The position numbers and the translations under genes are program-made. Below are positions 1-11,190 of a stretch of DNA of 62,723 bases, piece after piece. Source of the DNA: Candidatus Kuenenia stuttgartensis (GTDB taxonomy: Bacteria > Planctomycetota > Planctomycetia > Pirellulales > UBA1268). Numbering within the stretch: the stretch's first letter is position 1; each line of letters begins with the position of its first letter. The notes beneath the pieces are model-generated. The model did no database searches. It was not told the DNA's origin and saw nothing but the letters and a program-made list of their open reading frames with translations. The stretch spans positions 1 through 62,723 of the forward strand of contig CAMDDA010000002.1 of assembly GCA_945890755.1 (NCBI GenBank), in the 5' to 3' direction.

Positions 1-326
<326 letters not shown>

Positions 327-343
327 AAAAAGGAATCCCTCGC

Positions 344-1483
344 ATGGCTAAGCAACTCCGCATCGGCATGATCGGCTACGGCTTCATGGGCCGCGCCCAT
401 TCGAATGGCTACAACCGCGTCAAGGACTTCTTCGACCTCGAGTACCTGCCGAAACTGCAGGTCGTGGCAGCCCGCGACGCCGAGAAGGCCAAGGCCTTTG
501 CCGACCGCTGGGGCTACGCCCGGGTGGAGACCGACTGGCGGAAGGTCGTGGCGGCCGACGACGTCGATGCGATCGACATCTGCACGCCCAACAACCTCCA
601 CGCCGAGATCGCGATCGAGGCGGCCAAGCACGGCAAGGCGATCCTGTGCGAGAAGCCGCTGTCGATGGACACGGCCGAAGGCGAGAAGATGTGCGCGGCC
701 GTCGAGAAGGCCGGTGTGCCCAACATGGTCTGGTACAACTACCGCCGCATTCCGGCGGTGACGTTCGCCAAGCAGATCATCGATTCAGGCAAGCTCGGCC
801 GCGTGTTTCACTACCGGGCCGAGTTCCTGCAGGACTGGACGATCAACGCCGACCTGCCGCAGGGGGGGGCCGCCCTGTGGCGGCTCGACTCGGCTGCGGC
901 CGGCAGCGGTGTGACGGGTGATCTCCTGGCCCACTGCATCGACACGGCCCTGTGGCTCAACGGGTCGGTGACCGACGTCACGGCGATGACCGAGACGTTC
1001 GTGAAGGAGCGGAAGCACCAGCTCACCGGCAAGGTGGAGAAGGTGAACATCGACGACGCCTGTTCCTTTCTCTGCCACTTCAAGAATGGCTCGCTCGGCC
1101 TCTTCGAGAGCACTCGGTATGCCCGTGGCCACAAGGCCCTCTACACGTTCGAGATCAACGGCGAGCACATGAGCCTCAAGTGGGATCTCCACGATCTGCA
1201 CCGGCTGCAGGTGTTCGACTACCGGGACGAGGGCCCGATGCGGGGCTGGAAGAGTATCCACGTGACCGACGGCGACCACCCCTACATGGACAAGTGGTGG
1301 GTGCCGGGCTTGGCGATCGGCTACGAGCACTCGTTCGTCCACCAGGTGGCCGACTTCCTCGAGGCCTACGCCAAGAAGCAGCCCGCCCATCCCACGTTCC
1401 GCGACGCGCTCGAGACCCAGAAGGTCTGCGACGCCGTTCTCCAGAGCGCCAAGAGCCACCAGTGGGTCAACGTGGGCGGCTGA
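344..1483 (+). CDS. Gfo/Idh/MocA family NAD(P)-dependent oxidoreductase
   Basis: N-terminal Rossmann motif [19 protein letters not shown], followed by ...[29 protein letters not shown] (the EKP motif). ATG at 344 is preceded by AAAAAGGAA. The longer track ORF from 125 starts at TTG in an Arg-rich frame. Confidence 0.9.
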   Translation: MAKQLRIGMIGYGFMGRAHSNGYNRVKDFFDLEYLPKLQVVAARDAEKAKAFADRWGYARVETDWRKVVAADDVDAIDICTPNNLHAEIAIEAAKHGKAILCEKPLSMDTAEGEKMCAAVEKAGVPNMVWYNYRRIPAVTFAKQIIDSGKLGRVFHYRAEFLQDWTINADLPQGGAALWRLDSAAAGSGVTGDLLAHCIDTALWLNGSVTDVTAMTETFVKERKHQLTGKVEKVNIDDACSFLCHFKNGSLGLFESTRYARGHKALYTFEINGEHMSLKWDLHDLHRLQVFDYRDEGPMRGWKSIHVTDGDHPYMDKWWVPGLAIGYEHSFVHQVADFLEAYAKKQPAHPTFRDALETQKVCDAVLQSAKSHQWVNVGG

Positions 1484-2439
1484 TCGCCGGTGCAGCCGGG
1501 GCGGCAGTGGCCGTCGCGGCCGTCGCCTGCCTGCCCGTGCGGTATGTCGTCGAGGGCGTGTCGATGGCGCCCGGGCTCCTGGCCGGGGAGGTCGTGCGGT
1601 CGGGGTGGTTTCCGGCCGGGGATCGCTGGCGGCGGCCGCGGCGGTTCGAACGCTGGGCGGTCGCGGCGACCGATGGCACGGCGATCAAGCGGGTCGTGGG
1701 GCTGCCGGGAGAGCAGCTGGCGCTTCGCGACGGCGACGTCGTGATCGACGGCCGCATGGCGATCAAGGGACCACGGCTGCTTGCGAAACTTGGGCGTGCC
1801 GTCGCTCCCGAAGCGCCGCACAGGGTCACCAGTGGCCTGGATGATGAACTCTGGGCGGCGGCGCCGCAGGAGGTGCTCGACGATTCGGGCGTGGAGGCGG
1901 TTCGGAGTCATGTGCTCCTGCCGGTGCGGGACGTGGGCGTCGCGGCCGTCCTGCGGGTGAAGAAGTTGCCGCGAGACGGCTTCGTCCGCGTACGGGTGCA
2001 GGTGGGATCGCGGCTCGTGCCGTGGCGGCTCACCGCGACCGGCTGGCATGCGATCGTGGCCGGGCGGCTCGACGGGCATCTGGTGGCGGCGGCCTGGCAA
2101 CTCCCTGCTGCTGGCACGTCCAACGAGAGCGTCCGCTGGTGCCTGCCGGCATGTGCACCGGCGCGGTGGCAGGTGGCCGAGCCCTGGTCAGCCAACGGCG
2201 TTGACGAGCCGATGTCGCCGCAACTGGCAATCAGGTGCGAGGCGCCGCACCACGTGGTTGCCCTGGAGCGGGCCTCGGTGTGGCGCGACGTGCTCTACCG
2301 TCTTGGCGCGAACGCCGGCGATTTCTGGTCCCTGGGCGCCGACGAATACTTCGTGCTCGGTGATCACCCGGCCGCGAGCACCGACTCGCGACAGTGGGGC
2401 CCGATCCAACTCGCTCGTCTGCGGCATCGCCTCCCGTAA
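1462..2439 (+). CDS. lepB: signal peptidase I (S26 family)
   Basis: Box B GVSMAPGL (catalytic Ser), box [12 protein letters not shown] (catalytic Lys), box [20 protein letters not shown]. The N-terminus is a basic stretch followed by a TM segment ([22 protein letters not shown]). I chose GTG at 1462, which overlaps the upstream gene by 22 nt; the start is uncertain. Confidence 0.8.
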   Translation: MGQRGRLIAGAAGAAVAVAAVACLPVRYVVEGVSMAPGLLAGEVVRSGWFPAGDRWRRPRRFERWAVAATDGTAIKRVVGLPGEQLALRDGDVVIDGRMAIKGPRLLAKLGRAVAPEAPHRVTSGLDDELWAAAPQEVLDDSGVEAVRSHVLLPVRDVGVAAVLRVKKLPRDGFVRVRVQVGSRLVPWRLTATGWHAIVAGRLDGHLVAAAWQLPAAGTSNESVRWCLPACAPARWQVAEPWSANGVDEPMSPQLAIRCEAPHHVVALERASVWRDVLYRLGANAGDFWSLGADEYFVLGDHPAASTDSRQWGPIQLARLRHRLP

Positions 2440-2453
2440 GCCACTTGCGCCCC

Positions 2454-2531
2454 GTAGGCCCGTTGCTTCGCAACGGGCAGTTCCAAGTGCCCGTCACGGA
2501 GTGACGGGCCTACGCCGTGTGACGGGCCTGC
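2454..2531 (-). repeat. REP-A double-hairpin element, reverse orientation, with an extra half unit
   Basis: GTAGGCCCGTTGC-TTC-GCAACGGGC ... GCCCGTCAC-GGA-GTGACGGGCCTAC, then GTGACGGGCCTGCTCACCC. It lies between convergent lepB and the larA-like gene. Confidence 0.9.
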
Positions 2532-3752
2532 TCACCCCGCGTTCGGGAGCATCAGGTCGGCCTCGTGCAGCACTGCGATGCTGTCCGCCCGGTGGGCGAG
2601 TCGATCGATGACATCGGACGACTCGGCGTAGCCGAACGACAGCTCTTCCACCGCGGCCTCGTCGATGTCGGAAAGCAGCACGAGCCGCCGTTCCCCGAGG
2701 GCCCGCGCGAACAGCCGTGTCTGCAGGGCATCGGCGATGAGCGTTGGATCGCCCGTGGCCACCGCCTCGTGAACGAGCTGCTCGAGTGGTGCGCCCTGCC
2801 GCCACCGCAGAAAGATCAGGCCCGGCCCGGCCGCCACGCGGGAGGCCACGCAGATCGTGCCCCCGGGCTGGGTCACGCGGGCCGCCGCCGCGACCGCCCG
2901 CGTGACGCATCCAAAATCGGCATGCGGATCGGAGAGCGAGGCGATCGACAGTTCGACCGGGTCGTCGACCTGCGGACACCAGGCCGCCGCGGCGGTCCGC
3001 GCCTGACGTGCGGCCGACTCGGGAAGACCGAAAAACGCCCGATGCAGCGTGCCGTGGCGGCCGGGCACGAGCCGCAGGCTCGCGCAGACTCCCAATTGCC
3101 AGGTGATCTCCTGCATGCCTGTCCGCCAGTCGGCGAGTGCATGGCGGCCGCGGCGGGCGAGCGCACGCACAAGGTCGAGCCGGCACTGTCGCCTGCCGAA
3201 TGCCGGCCACAACTCCCCCTCGAGCGACCGTCCACCGAGGGCTGCGTTCCAGCCCCATCCTCCGACCGCGACGACGACATCGGCATCGACGAGCCCGCGG
3301 GCGAGATAGAGCGGATGACCGGATTCGTCGGCGACGAGATACGCCGTGGCAGCCTCGTTCGCCGGGTCGAACATGGCCACCTCACCGAAGCCATCCGGCG
3401 CCGGCACCAGGGGCTCGGCCCCGGGCCGGAGCGGCTCGAGTGGCTCGGCACACAACGCCGTCGTTGCGGCCGCCTCGACTCCCGCGGTCCGCAGCCGTTC
3501 GGTGATCGCCGCCAGCACGGCCTCCACCTGCGGCACGAGCCCGGCCAACGCCACCACCGCCCGGTCACCGGGCACCACATGGGCCTCGAGCGGCGGGGCA
3601 TCCGCCGGCGCCGCGACCGCATCTCGCACGACCGCTCGAGCGGCGTCTCCCGCCATGCCCTCGGGGCCGGCGCACTCCACGACATCGGTGCCCGACACGG
3701 GCTCGAGCAGCAATGGTTCGTCGTGGCCGGAACGAATCTCGATGGGGTGCAC
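2532..3752 (-). CDS. lactate racemase (LarA) N-terminal-domain-like / DUF2088-like protein
   Basis: 406-aa ORF with a GTG start. It shows distant LarA-like blocks (VVVAVGGWGWNAALGGRS..., ...GGTICVASRVAAGPGLIFLRW). I could not confirm the catalytic residues. Confidence 0.45.
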   Translation of the reverse strand: MHPIEIRSGHDEPLLLEPVSGTDVVECAGPEGMAGDAARAVVRDAVAAPADAPPLEAHVVPGDRAVVALAGLVPQVEAVLAAITERLRTAGVEAAATTALCAEPLEPLRPGAEPLVPAPDGFGEVAMFDPANEAATAYLVADESGHPLYLARGLVDADVVVAVGGWGWNAALGGRSLEGELWPAFGRRQCRLDLVRALARRGRHALADWRTGMQEITWQLGVCASLRLVPGRHGTLHRAFFGLPESAARQARTAAAAWCPQVDDPVELSIASLSDPHADFGCVTRAVAAAARVTQPGGTICVASRVAAGPGLIFLRWRQGAPLEQLVHEAVATGDPTLIADALQTRLFARALGERRLVLLSDIDEAAVEELSFGYAESSDVIDRLAHRADSIAVLHEADLMLPNAG

Positions 3753-3976
3753 GGTGATGGGAGCCTGGAGTGGAAAGCGGGAACAGCCAAAATCGTACGG
3801 CAGCCTCCGCCCGAACGGCAGTCTCCCGCCGCGACGCGGCGGCCAAACGGCGGTACAGCTTCACCGGCCCGCGCATCCGGACCCTTCGGTGCGACCGCTC
3901 ACCGCGGAGCCACCGGACCGCCGACACTCCTTGCGGGCAGGCAACCCCCGCAGCCCACACCCCGAGGAGTCCTCCG

Positions 3977-4369
3977 GTGATCCATCTCCGCCTCGCTTTC
4001 GCCGCGTTCATCATCGCCGCGTGCGGCTTGCCGCTTCGGGAGTCGCTTGCCCAGGAGACGACCATCGTGATGGACGATTCGGGGCCGGCCGCGGGCGATT
4101 GCAACTGCCGCAGCCAGCAGTCGCCCCCATGGCATGGCAACGTCAACGGAATGAGCTGCCCGCCGATGCATCACGGCAACAGGATCTTCCAGGCAAACCC
4201 GAGCGGGCAGCTCGGCATGCTCTGCCCGTGGAACCGCGGCTGTGCCCAGTTGCCCCCATGCTTCCCGCGGCTGCACGGCCTGTGCGCAGATGGGTTCATG
4301 CCGACACCCAGGCCGATCGCGATCCCACGCTGCCACCAGTGCGGTGCGCTGATCGAAGGGGGCTTCTAG
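3977..4369 (+). CDS. small Cys-rich putative lipoprotein, hypothetical
   Basis: GTG at 3977 sits 7 nt after GAGGAG. Signal peptide IHLRLAFAAFIIAAC has a lipobox-like IAAC. The mature part has about 11 Cys plus His/Met/Pro (CNC, CPPMHH, CHQC). Confidence 0.5.
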   Translation: MIHLRLAFAAFIIAACGLPLRESLAQETTIVMDDSGPAAGDCNCRSQQSPPWHGNVNGMSCPPMHHGNRIFQANPSGQLGMLCPWNRGCAQLPPCFPRLHGLCADGFMPTPRPIAIPRCHQCGALIEGGF

Positions 4370-4380
4370 GCCGACCCCCC

Positions 4381-4431
4381 GTAGGCCCGTCACTCCGTGA
4401 CGGGCAGCCCGTTGCGGAGCAACGGGCCTAC
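4381..4431 (+). repeat. REP-A double-hairpin element, canonical 51-nt copy
   Basis: GTAGGCCCGTCACTCCGTGACGGGCAGCCCGTTGCGGAGCAACGGGCCTAC. Its terminal CTA (4428-4430) is the TAG stop of the minus-strand SLC13 gene. Confidence 0.95.
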
Positions 4432-5840
4432 GGAAGGCTCCAGAGGCTCGTGACGGCGAGCACGATCGCGGTGATCACGACGGTGCCGATCACGTCGAGA
4501 ATCGCGCCCGCGGCCATCATCGCCCGCAGCGGAATCCGGCCCGAGCCGTAGACGATCGCGTTGCAAGGCGTGCTCACGGGCATCATGAAGCCGAGGCTCG
4601 CCGCGAACGTCGCCGCCAGCGCCGCCGCGGCCGGCTCGGCCCCTGTAGCCTGTCCCAACGCGATCACGATCGGCACCACCATCGTGGCACTGGCCACGTT
4701 GCTGGTGAACTCGCTCGTGACGACCGCCACGACGGCCGCCACCGCCACGAGCACGGTGCCCGCCCACGGGCCGGTCGGAATCCAGGTGGTGATCCCCTGG
4801 CCGGCAGCCGCAGCCAGCCCCGTCGAGAAGCAGAGTTCGCCGAGCGCGAGCCCCCCGCCGTAGAGCAGCACGATATCCCAGTCGATCCGGGCCTCGCTCC
4901 AGATGACAGCCCGTAGCCTCCGGCCGTCCGCCCGCCGATCGCCCGGCAACAGGAAGAGGAGAATTCCGCCGATGAGCGCCGCCACACCCTCCGGGAGCCT
5001 GTTTCTCAGCCACTGGCTCAGCGGATGATCAGGACCCACGGCCACGAGCACGAACCCGGGCGCCACCCACAGCGTCACCGTGATCGCGAAGGCGACCGCC
5101 GTCGATTTCTGCCCGGTCGTCCAGACGCCGAGCTGCCGACGCTCCGCCCGCACGAACGCCGTCACGCCATCCAGTCGCTCGACGCCGGCTGGGAACAGCC
5201 GGGCAAGTACGGCGACGAGGATCGCGCCGAGGATCGCCACGGTCGGCAGGCTCACGGCGCACCAGCCGGGAAACGACACGGCGATCCCGAGCTGGTCGCG
5301 AATGAATCCCAGGCCGATCAGGTTCGTGGGCGTGCCGATCGGTGTGGCCAGGCCGCCGATCGACGCCGCGAAAGCGATGCAGAGAAACAGCCCGGTCGCG
5401 AAGCCGGATGCCGGCCTCCGCCCCTCCCCGGCCGCCTCCTCGACCGCCGCCAAAATCCCCGACACGATCGCCAGCATCATCGCCGCCGTGACCGTATTGG
5501 AAATGAAGGCGCTGATGACCATCGACACGACGGCCACCGCCGCGAGGATCCGCACCGGCCGCTCCCCCACCCAGGGCCACGCGAGCACGGCGAATGCAAG
5601 CCGTCGGTCGAGCCGATGCAGCCGGATCGCCTCCGCCAGGAGAAACGACCCGATGAACAGAAAGATCAGCGGATCGGCGAACGGCCGAAACACTTCCTTC
5701 GCGGACGCCACGCCACACACCACGCAGGCCACCGCTCCGAGCAGCGCGGTCACCGCCAGCGGCAAGCTCTCGGTGAACCAGAGCACGACGACGACCCCGA
5801 CGATCACCGCCAGCCGCTGCGCTTCAGGGGTCAGGTCCAT
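4428..5840 (-). CDS. SLC13/DASS family divalent-anion:sodium symporter
   Basis: 470-aa polytopic membrane protein. The N-terminus ...LWFTESLPLAVTALLG..., SNT motifs (AFISNTVTAAMM, SEFTSNVASATMVVPI) and an internal repeat are typical of DASS transporters. Confidence 0.8.
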   Translation of the reverse strand: MDLTPEAQRLAVIVGVVVVLWFTESLPLAVTALLGAVACVVCGVASAKEVFRPFADPLIFLFIGSFLLAEAIRLHRLDRRLAFAVLAWPWVGERPVRILAAVAVVSMVISAFISNTVTAAMMLAIVSGILAAVEEAAGEGRRPASGFATGLFLCIAFAASIGGLATPIGTPTNLIGLGFIRDQLGIAVSFPGWCAVSLPTVAILGAILVAVLARLFPAGVERLDGVTAFVRAERRQLGVWTTGQKSTAVAFAITVTLWVAPGFVLVAVGPDHPLSQWLRNRLPEGVAALIGGILLFLLPGDRRADGRRLRAVIWSEARIDWDIVLLYGGGLALGELCFSTGLAAAAGQGITTWIPTGPWAGTVLVAVAAVVAVVTSEFTSNVASATMVVPIVIALGQATGAEPAAAALAATFAASLGFMMPVSTPCNAIVYGSGRIPLRAMMAAGAILDVIGTVVITAIVLAVTSLWSLP

Positions 5841-5887
5841 GAGCCGGAGTGTACCGGTCGGGCGGCTGAGCGGCGGGAAGGCTTGAG

Positions 5888-6297
5888 CGTATTGGTTCGG
5901 CCGGCGGCAAGACGCTCCGTCGTCGCTACGGGATTCCTCCCGCCACCCGTGTACCCGGTGGCACGCACATAGCTACGGATATCCCTGCGCTCCTCCTCCG
6001 GTCTCGCCGACCGTCCTCCTCACGATCGGATATCCAGTCTCGCAATCGTCGTTTGGCAATCGGGCGCAGTCGAACCTCGACTCTGGATCGTGAGGAGGCC
6101 GGTCGGGGACGCCGCGCAGCCGTCCGGTGAATTTTGACTGCCAGAGTTAGCGCACCACATCAGTTGAGCATGCGACGTCACACCGAAGGTGCCCCGAAGG
6201 GGTTAAATCCGCCGGCGGCGAGCACGTCACCGCCGGCCGAACCAATACGGACTCTCCTATCCGCCGCCCGCATTACCGCCGGCCGAACCAATACGGC
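5888..6297. repeat. inverted-repeat-bounded structured element (MITE-like or large structured RNA)
   Basis: CGTATTGGTTCGGCCGGCGG at 5888-5907 has its reverse complement twice: at 6230-6249 and 6276-6295, inside a 22-nt direct repeat at 6229-6250 and 6275-6296. A central imperfect hairpin pairs 6007-6027 with 6086-6106 (21 bp, 1 mismatch). Confidence 0.6.
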
Positions 6298-6333
6298 CCT
6301 GTCTTACTCCACGCCCCTCCGACCGCCCTTCCG

Positions 6334-9123
6334 TCAGTAAGTCTTCCCGAGGGCAGCCTGGGCGGCGGCGAGACGGGCGACCGGGAGGCGGAACGGCGAG
6401 CAGCTCACGTAGTCGAGGCCCACGTGGTGGCAGAACACCACCGAGTGGGGATCGCCGCCGTGTTCGCCGCAGATGCCGAGCTTGATGTCCTTCCGGGTCT
6501 TGCGGCCCTTCTCGACCGCGACCTCCATCAGCTGTCCCACGCCCGAAACGTCGATCGAGGCGAAAGGATTCGCCTTGAAGATGCCGGCGTCGGTGTAGGT
6601 CTGTAGGAACGAGCCCATGTCGTCGCGGCTCATGCCGAGGCAGGTCTGGGTGAGGTCGTTGGTGCCGAACGAGAAGAACTCGGCCGTCTCGGCGATCTCG
6701 TCGGCCGTGAGGGCGCCGCGCGGGATCTCGATCATCGTGCCGACCAAATACTTGATCTTCTGGCCTGTCTCCTTCTGCACCTTCTCCGCCACGGCGTGCA
6801 CGATCTCCACCTGGTTGTCGAGCTCCTTCTTGAAGCCGACGAGCGGGATCATGATTTCCGGCTTCACCTTGATGCCGGCCTTCTGCACCTTGGCCGCAGC
6901 CTCGAACACGGCCCGGGCCTGCATCTCCGAGATCTCGGGATAGCTGATGCCAAGGCGGCAGCCGCGGTGGCCGAGCATCGGGTTGAACTCGTGCAGGGCG
7001 TGCACGCGGGCCTTCACCGTCTCGACGGGCAGCTTGAGCTTCTTGGCGAGGTCGGCCTGGGCCTTCTCGTCGTGCGGCACGAATTCGTGCAGCGGCGGAT
7101 CGAGGAAGCGGATCGTGGCGGGCCGGCCGTCGAGAGCCTTGAAGATGCCCTCGAAGTCGTCCCGCTGGTAGGGGAGCAGCTTGGCGAGCGCCTCGCGGCG
7201 GGCCTCCTCGTTCTCGGCGAGGATCATCTCCCGCATCGCGTCGATGCGGTCACCCTCGAAGAACATATGCTCCGTCCGCGTGAGGCCGATGCCCTCGGCG
7301 CCGAAGGCGATCGCGTGCCGCACCTGCTCGGGGGTGTCGGCGTTGGTGCGGATGCCCAGCTTCCGGTGCTTGTCGGCGAGCTTCATGATGAAGTCGTAGT
7401 ACTGGAAGACCTCGGAGTCGGCCGGCTTCATCGTCTTGGCGATGAGCACCTGCTTGAGCTCGCTGTCGGCCGTCTTGATCCCGCCGGCGAACACCTCGCC
7501 CGTCGAGCCGTTGATGGAGATCGCGTCGCCTTCCTTGAGCGTCTTGCCGGCACACTTGAGCGTGCCCTTCGCATAGTCGATCTGGATCGCACCGGCCCCG
7601 GCCACGCAGACCTTGCCCATCTGTCGCGCCACGAGGGCCGCATGGCTCGACACACCGCCGCGGCTCGTGAGGATGCCCTCGGCGGCGATCATGCCGCGGA
7701 GATCCTCGGGGCTCGTCTCGACGCGGGCGAGCACCACCTTCACCCCCTTGTTGGCCAGTTCCTCTGCCTTCACGGCGGTGAACACGAGCTGCCCGGTGGC
7801 GGCGCCGGGGCCGGCCGGTAGGCCGGTCGTCAGGCCGCGGCCCGCCTTCTTGGCGGCCTCGTAGTCGGCCCGATCGAAGATCGGAGCCAGGAGCTGCGAG
7901 AGGGCGTCGGGATCGGCCGACTGGATCGCGTGCTCCGGCGACATGAGCTTCTGCTTCACCATGTCGTGGGCGATCTTGACGTAGGCGAGCGCCGTCCGCT
8001 TCCCGTGCCGCGTCTGCAGCATGTAGAGCTTCTTCTTCTCGACCGTGAACTCGAAGTCCTGCACGTCGCCGAACTTCTTCTCCAGCGTCTGGCGGACCTT
8101 CTCCAGCTCCTTGTAGGTGCTGGCGAACATCGCCTCGTGCTTCATCTCGGCAACGGGCTTGGGCGTCCGCACGCCGGCCACGACGTCTTCTCCCTGGGCG
8201 TTGACGAGATACTCGCCGTAGAAGACGTCTTCACCGGTGGCGGGGTCGCGGGTAAAGGCCACGCCGGTGGCGCAGTCGTCGCCCATATTGCCGAACACCA
8301 TGCTCTGCACGTTCACGGCCGTGCCCCATTCGTCGGGGATCTTGTACTTGCGGCGGTAGAGGATCGCACGCTCGTTCATCCAGCTGCCGAACACCGCCCC
8401 CACGGCGCCCATGAGTTGCTCGAAGGGGTCCTGCGGGAAGCCCTTGCCGGTCCGCTCCTTGATCAGCTTGAGGTACCGCTTGATCAGCTCGCGGAGGTGC
8501 TCTTCGCCGAGGTCGGTGTCGTCATGGATACCGAGCTGGTGCTTCAGCCCCTCCATCGTCTCCTCGAAGGGATCGTGCTCGTTCTCGTGCCGCTTCTGCA
8601 CGCCCATCACCACGTCTCCATACATCTGGATGAAGCGGCGGTAGGAGTCGTAGGCGAACCGGGGATTGCCGGTGGCCGCGGCCAGCCCCTTCACCGTCTC
8701 GTCGTTGAGGCCGAGGTTCAGGATCGTGTCCATCATGCCCGGCATGCTGTCGCGGGCACCGGACCGGACACTCACGAGCAGGGCATTCTTCGGATCGCCG
8801 AACTTTTTCCCCGTTTCCTTCTCCATGAGCCTCATGGCGGAGGCGACCTCGTCCTCGAGGCCCTTGGGGAACTTCTTGCCGTGCGCGTAGTAGTCGATGC
8901 AGACCTGGGTCGTGATCGTGAAGCCAGGGGGCACGGGCAGGCCGATCTTCGTCATCTGCGCGAGGTTGGCCCCCTTGCCGCCGAGGAGCGACTTCATCGT
9001 GCCGTCACCGTCGCACTTCTTGGCCCCGAAGTAGTAGATCATCCGCCCGGCCTTGCCCCCGGCACCTCCCGACTTCGAGCTGGCTTTGCTGGCGGCGGAC
9101 TTCGTGCGGGTCGTGGTGGCCAT
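6334..9123 (-). CDS. ppdK: pyruvate, phosphate dikinase
   Basis: Full-length PPDK signature: YYFG...[12 protein letters not shown], phospho-His region [16 protein letters not shown]-terminal ...[10 protein letters not shown]. The N-terminal 27 aa are low-complexity Ser/Lys/Ala, so the alternative start at 9042 (MIYYFG) is possible. Confidence 0.95.
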   Translation of the reverse strand: MATTTRTKSAASKASSKSGGAGGKAGRMIYYFGAKKCDGDGTMKSLLGGKGANLAQMTKIGLPVPPGFTITTQVCIDYYAHGKKFPKGLEDEVASAMRLMEKETGKKFGDPKNALLVSVRSGARDSMPGMMDTILNLGLNDETVKGLAAATGNPRFAYDSYRRFIQMYGDVVMGVQKRHENEHDPFEETMEGLKHQLGIHDDTDLGEEHLRELIKRYLKLIKERTGKGFPQDPFEQLMGAVGAVFGSWMNERAILYRRKYKIPDEWGTAVNVQSMVFGNMGDDCATGVAFTRDPATGEDVFYGEYLVNAQGEDVVAGVRTPKPVAEMKHEAMFASTYKELEKVRQTLEKKFGDVQDFEFTVEKKKLYMLQTRHGKRTALAYVKIAHDMVKQKLMSPEHAIQSADPDALSQLLAPIFDRADYEAAKKAGRGLTTGLPAGPGAATGQLVFTAVKAEELANKGVKVVLARVETSPEDLRGMIAAEGILTSRGGVSSHAALVARQMGKVCVAGAGAIQIDYAKGTLKCAGKTLKEGDAISINGSTGEVFAGGIKTADSELKQVLIAKTMKPADSEVFQYYDFIMKLADKHRKLGIRTNADTPEQVRHAIAFGAEGIGLTRTEHMFFEGDRIDAMREMILAENEEARREALAKLLPYQRDDFEGIFKALDGRPATIRFLDPPLHEFVPHDEKAQADLAKKLKLPVETVKARVHALHEFNPMLGHRGCRLGISYPEISEMQARAVFEAAAKVQKAGIKVKPEIMIPLVGFKKELDNQVEIVHAVAEKVQKETGQKIKYLVGTMIEIPRGALTADEIAETAEFFSFGTNDLTQTCLGMSRDDMGSFLQTYTDAGIFKANPFASIDVSGVGQLMEVAVEKGRKTRKDIKLGICGEHGGDPHSVVFCHHVGLDYVSCSPFRLPVARLAAAQAALGKTY

Positions 9124-9365
9124 GAGGGGGACGATACCTTTCGAAAGAGGAACGGGAAGGGGCGGGTTTTCTGCGGGAAACCAGCCAGAATCTACGTTCG
9201 CGGCCGGAGGGCGTCAACGACGCCGGGCGGTGGGAACTTCGGCGGGAAAAGTCGGAAAAACTGGCCCCGACGCGGCCAGCTCCTTCTGGTACACCCTCCC
9301 GCGACGATCCATCTCAGGGGTCGGCCCCGACTTCCGGCTCTCCCCACCCTCGAGGCGTCCCCCCC

Positions 9366-9929
9366 ATGCCGCTGGCCCTGCAGATCATCGCCTGGTTCGT
9401 CGCGCTTTCGGTCGTGATGTCGATCGTCGAGCATCAGGTGCATGCCCGCATGATGCACAAGCGGCCCAAGCTCGCCTTTCTCCGCAACGTCCGGGCCCGG
9501 CAAAAGATGTTCAAGAGCCACGCCATCGAGCACCACCGGCAATACCTCAAGGAATTTCACGACGAGCCGGTGCCCCACGGGGAGGACCGCGGAATTCGGC
9601 TCAACGTCGTGGAGGGACTCGTCGAGTCGCTGCCGCTCACCCTCCTGCTCGCGCCGTTTTCATACGTCGGTGCCCTCACGTTTCCGGTCGTCGTCTGCCT
9701 CCACCACCTCACGTGGAACCTGGTGCACCTGGAGATGCACAAGCCGCGGGGCAGCTTCTTCTCGCAGTGGCCCCTCTACAAGAAGCTGGCCCAGCACCAC
9801 TTCCTGCATCACCGCCACCCCGACAAGAACTTCAACGTCTTCCTGCTCGTCGGCGACTGGCTCTTCGGCACGATGGCGACGCCCACCGCAGCCGACCTCG
9901 AGGCGATGAAGGCCCAGGGCATCGCCTGA
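9366..9929 (+). CDS. fatty acid hydroxylase / sterol desaturase superfamily membrane protein
   Basis: His boxes HQVHARMMH, HAIEHH and HHFLHHRH sit in a small membrane protein. Confidence 0.6.
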   Translation: MPLALQIIAWFVALSVVMSIVEHQVHARMMHKRPKLAFLRNVRARQKMFKSHAIEHHRQYLKEFHDEPVPHGEDRGIRLNVVEGLVESLPLTLLLAPFSYVGALTFPVVVCLHHLTWNLVHLEMHKPRGSFFSQWPLYKKLAQHHFLHHRHPDKNFNVFLLVGDWLFGTMATPTAADLEAMKAQGIA

Positions 9930-9955
9930 AACGGGGCAGGTAGCCGCTTCTATTC

Positions 9956-10006
9956 GTAGGCCCGTCACTCCGTGACGGGCAGCCCGTTGCGGAGCAACAG
10001 GCCTAC
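9956..10006 (+). repeat. REP-A double-hairpin element
   Basis: 51 nt, one mismatch to the 4381-4431 copy. It lies between convergent genes. Confidence 0.95.
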
Positions 10007-10065
10007 GGGGGCCCCTCATCAGACTCCCGATGGGTTGCCCCGAGCTCTCACCACAAGACGCCCCG

Positions 10066-11190
10066 TCAGTCGTGCTTGCCGAGCCATTCCTCGATGTACC
10101 GCCCGAGGCTGCCGTCCTCCCGCATCCGCAGGATCGCGGTGTTGAGCGGCTCGCGGAGGGGGCTGCCCGCAGGCAGGCCGAGACCGTAGTCGAACGACTC
10201 GAAGACCGGCCCCACGAGTCGGAGCGAACTGCGGCCAGCCTGCGACACGAGAAACATCAGCTGCTGGTTCTCCGAAACGACGGCCTCGATCATCCCCAGG
10301 TCGAGCGCGTCGAGCGCGGCATTGATCGAGGGAAACTCCTGCGGGATAGCCCCTCGTTGCCGCACCGCCGCGCCCGTCACCGCGGCCGCCTGCACGCCGA
10401 CGACCCGGCCGGCGAGGTCGCGCGGGCCGTGGATCGTGCCCGTCACGCGGTCGGCCGTCATCGTCGCGGTGAGCACGCTCGTGAAGGCGGCGATGAGACT
10501 GATGCCCCCGACCATCCAGGCAAAGGCGATGACCCGACCGAGCAGGCTGTCCACGTGCTTGTCGTCGCAGCCGCCGGTCATGATCGTGGACATGATCCAC
10601 CAGATCGCCTCCCCGACGCCACGCGGATAGGCCGACGGAAATGAATGGCCGTTGCGGCCGCGCTCGAACCACCACAGCAGGTGGCCCGAAATGAGGGCGA
10701 GGGAAACCACGATGCCCAGCAGCTTCAGGAGATCCCACGAGATCATCGACCGCACCGCTCCCAGGAAGCCCGTGTCGTTCCGTTGGCGGACGGCGACCCG
10801 CAATCCCGAGTGGAAGATCGAGTGGGTGAGATCGAGCACCCGCTCCCGGTCCTCGGTGATCGCGATCGGCCCGAGCACCACGTCGGCCTGGCCCGTGGTG
10901 GCGAGCGCGAGCAATCCGGGAAACGTGTCGGCGCGGATGAACGTCGTCTCGGCACCGAGCCGGCCCGCCAGATTCTCCCAGATGTCGATCATCACGCCGA
11001 CGGGCGCGTCGCCGCTCCAGTCCACCGCCGAGGCGATCGGCATCACGCCCACCCTGAGGTGCTGCACCTCCGCGGCCGCGGCTGCGGGCTCGGGTGCGAC
11101 CGGGGCGGGGGCGTCGGCCCAGGCGGCCGCGACGCCGCCGCCCGCCAACGCAACCGTCCACCCGATCCATCGTCTCGATCGCCGCATCAT
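10066..11190 (-). CDS. iGluR/GluR0-like chimera: family-3 solute-binding protein interrupted by a two-TM ion-channel pore
   Basis: SBP lobe 1 (LRVGVMPIASAV...ADVVLGPIAITEDRERVLDLTHS), then M1, pore helix and M2 (GVGEAIWWIMSTIMTGGCDD...LLGRVIAFAWMVGGISLIAAF), then SBP lobe 2. The filter TIMTGGCDD (nt 10561-10587) replaces the K-channel T(V/I)GYGD. ATG overlaps the upstream stop (ATGA). Confidence 0.7.
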   Translation of the reverse strand: MMRRSRRWIGWTVALAGGGVAAAWADAPAPVAPEPAAAAAEVQHLRVGVMPIASAVDWSGDAPVGVMIDIWENLAGRLGAETTFIRADTFPGLLALATTGQADVVLGPIAITEDRERVLDLTHSIFHSGLRVAVRQRNDTGFLGAVRSMISWDLLKLLGIVVSLALISGHLLWWFERGRNGHSFPSAYPRGVGEAIWWIMSTIMTGGCDDKHVDSLLGRVIAFAWMVGGISLIAAFTSVLTATMTADRVTGTIHGPRDLAGRVVGVQAAAVTGAAVRQRGAIPQEFPSINAALDALDLGMIEAVVSENQQLMFLVSQAGRSSLRLVGPVFESFDYGLGLPAGSPLREPLNTAILRMREDGSLGRYIEEWLGKHD

